A stretch of DNA of 52,646 bases from Octopus bimaculoides (lineage: Eukaryota), in assembly GCF_001194135.2 (NCBI RefSeq), contig NC_068993.1, forward strand, positions 59,896,051-59,948,696, given 5' to 3'. The notes beneath the pieces are model-generated. The model was given only the letters and a program-made list of their open reading frames with translations. It was not told the origin of the DNA and did not search any database. This document shows positions 50,424 to 52,646 of the stretch, piece by piece. The stretch's first letter is position 1. Each line of letters opens with the position of its first letter. The translations under genes were made by a program, and so were the position numbers.

Positions 50424-50721
50424 ATTGTTGTTGTTGTTGTTGTTGTTGCGAAGACGACTTCGACGATGACAACGATTAAAATGATGATTTTGATGATAAT
50501 TAGAAACAATAAATGCAACAAGAACAACAAAAGTTGGAATTGCACAAAATGTGGCTGAATATCAAGAACGAAAAAAAAGTGCATAAATATGCAACTGCAT
50601 TCCCGGCAACATAATAATAAAACCAACAACAGCTGCAATATTCACAAAAGCAATAATAACTGCAACATCTACAACTATAATAACAGCAATAGAGTCAAGG
50701 CGCAAAATCTGTAGTTGCAGT

Positions 50722-50791
<70 letters not shown>

Positions 50792-50929
50792 AAAATAATA
50801 ATAATGATAATAATAATAGTGATGCATGTGCCTGCTATACCCTTATCAGACGGGTAGTCATGATGGGTATAATGGGCTTTGTATATTTTACCCCAGTGTC
50901 ACTTTGATGGCATGCACTGCTCTCTCAAT

Positions 50930-50950
50930 CAATAATAATAATAATAATAA

Positions 50951-50981
<31 letters not shown>

Positions 50982-51101
50982 AAGAAGAAGAAGAAGAACA
51001 AGAAGAAGAAGAAGAAGAAGAAGAAGAAGAAGGAGAAGAAGAAGAAGAAGAAGAAGAAGAAGAAGAAGAAGAAGAAGAAGAAGAAGAAGAAGAAGAAGAA
51101 G

Positions 51102-51134
<33 letters not shown>

Positions 51135-51180
51135 AATAATAATAATAATAATTATTATTATTATTATTATAATAATAATA
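50930..51180. repeat. Compound (AAT)n-(AAG)n-(AAC)n-(AAT)n-(ATT)n-(AAT)n microsatellite
   Basis: Direct reading. Confidence 0.97.
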
Positions 51181-51564
51181 TCAGAGTCTGTGCTGACACC
51201 ATATATAACCTGAAGTACAACAAATGAAAATACGTACAACGGCTATAAGCAATAATATTGGGAACTGCTAAAAAAAATGCGAACAACTAATATGAAAGCA
51301 GTTCACAAAGTTAAGAAGAACAACAACAACATATGAAAATATCATTTGAATGGAAGAGAGTCAATTAAAAAATCTAAAATAACAATGAAACAATAAAAAC
51401 AAATATTAAAAACAAAATCCCTCAAAATAAATATAAGCGTCACCAGAATATTTGCAAATAAATGTCTGATATTATGACTTACAGGGACAGATATTTATGC
51501 AAATATGTTTATATATGTGTATATATAAATGGTATTATATAATATGAATATAACATAGTTCTGA

Positions 51565-51602
<38 letters not shown>

Positions 51603-51605
51603 TTT

Positions 51606-51672
<67 letters not shown>
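51565..51672. repeat. (AAT)n/(ATT)n inverted microsatellite with perfect 38-bp arms
   Basis: (AAT)11-AAC-AA, loop TTTT, TT-GTT-(ATT)n. Confidence 0.95.
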
Positions 51673-51675
<3 letters not shown>

Positions 51676-51858
51676 GTGTGTATGTATGTATATATGTATG
51701 TATGTATGTATTTATGTAGGTATATACACATACGTACATACCACATTCACGTGCAGTCAGTCACGTGTGAGTATATGTACGTGTTGAGCTTGTATGTACA
51801 GATATATAAGGATTATGTACAAATAAGTGTATGCGTGTGAGTCTGTGTGTGTGTGTGT

Positions 51859-51911
<53 letters not shown>

Positions 51912-52243
51912 TGCGAGACTGTACGAATATACATGTGTGCCTGTGTGTGAATATTATTTAAGATGTTTAAGCAGGTAACATGTTGTCGGATATAATGTCT
52001 TAAAAATCTCCTCTCTCAGACAGCCTTTGGCAACGACCACTGAGAGACGAAATAATATTCATTAAGAAGAATATAGAATCCAACATAGAGGTTATAAAGT
52101 CATAGATTTTATTATACATGGAATACGTAAAGTACACATCTTAATTTTCAGATGTGACATCAAGTTTGTCTTTTAATATACGCGCGTCCCACTCAAATCC
52201 CCCACATATAAAATATACTAAGCTTAGGGGAACTCATATATGC

Positions 52244-52274
<31 letters not shown>

Positions 52275-52646
52275 ATAATACAAATGATATATGAGCATAT
52301 GCATGTATACATGCATATATGTACATACCTACATCCACATGTGTATATAGATGCATATCCGGGTACAGGACGTCAAAAAAGGAACGGAAACATAAATAAA
52401 GCACAATAAATGGACTTCTTTTACGGACAACAGAATGAAGACATAGGAAAACAGACAAGTCACGTATGGAACTTTTCTTTCATCAGCTGCCTCTATTCTA
52501 AACTAGGCGTTTCGAAGATGAGGTAGAACCCGCTCTTAGAATAGCTCTTCCCGCGAAGTGGATTAACCTGCTAAGCGGAGGGTTCCAAGGTAGCAGATAC
52601 AAAGTAAGGTGGAAAAATAGCACTCGAATGTCAAAGGTAGGGTAGG

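Overview
Eukaryotic, AT-rich, microsatellite-saturated draft-assembly DNA with 11 N-gaps (3,629 nt, about 7%). The SINE families and repeat landscape match what I recall of Octopus (coleoid cephalopod) genomes; the species is an inference. I find no intact protein-coding gene. Nearly all ORFs in the supplied track are microsatellite or N-gap artefacts. The window is intergenic or intronic. It contains (i) many copies of four locally labelled retroposon families (tRNA-SINE A, bipartite SINE BC with an internal microsatellite, tRNA-SINE D, CAA-tailed family EF), two of them with clean 13- and 16-bp target-site duplications; (ii) decayed non-LTR retrotransposons: a ~1.8-kb RTE-clade RT remnant (29735-31530, -), an R4/Dong-like RT remnant (45204-45640, +) and a weaker RT remnant (42170-42485, -); (iii) two copies of a ~105-bp mariner-type MITE with 28-bp TIRs and TA flanks, plus weaker DNA-transposon candidates; (iv) long compound microsatellites. 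The most notable unexplained structures are a 71-nt pre-miRNA-sized hairpin made by fold-back of a SINE 5' end (33070-33140), a divergent TATA+Inr pair around a (TA)n(TG)n tract (6783-7028), a perfect 38-bp-arm (AAT)n/(ATT)n palindrome (51565-51644) and an exact 10-bp-period minisatellite (18881-18950). All alignments were done by eye; no database searches were run.
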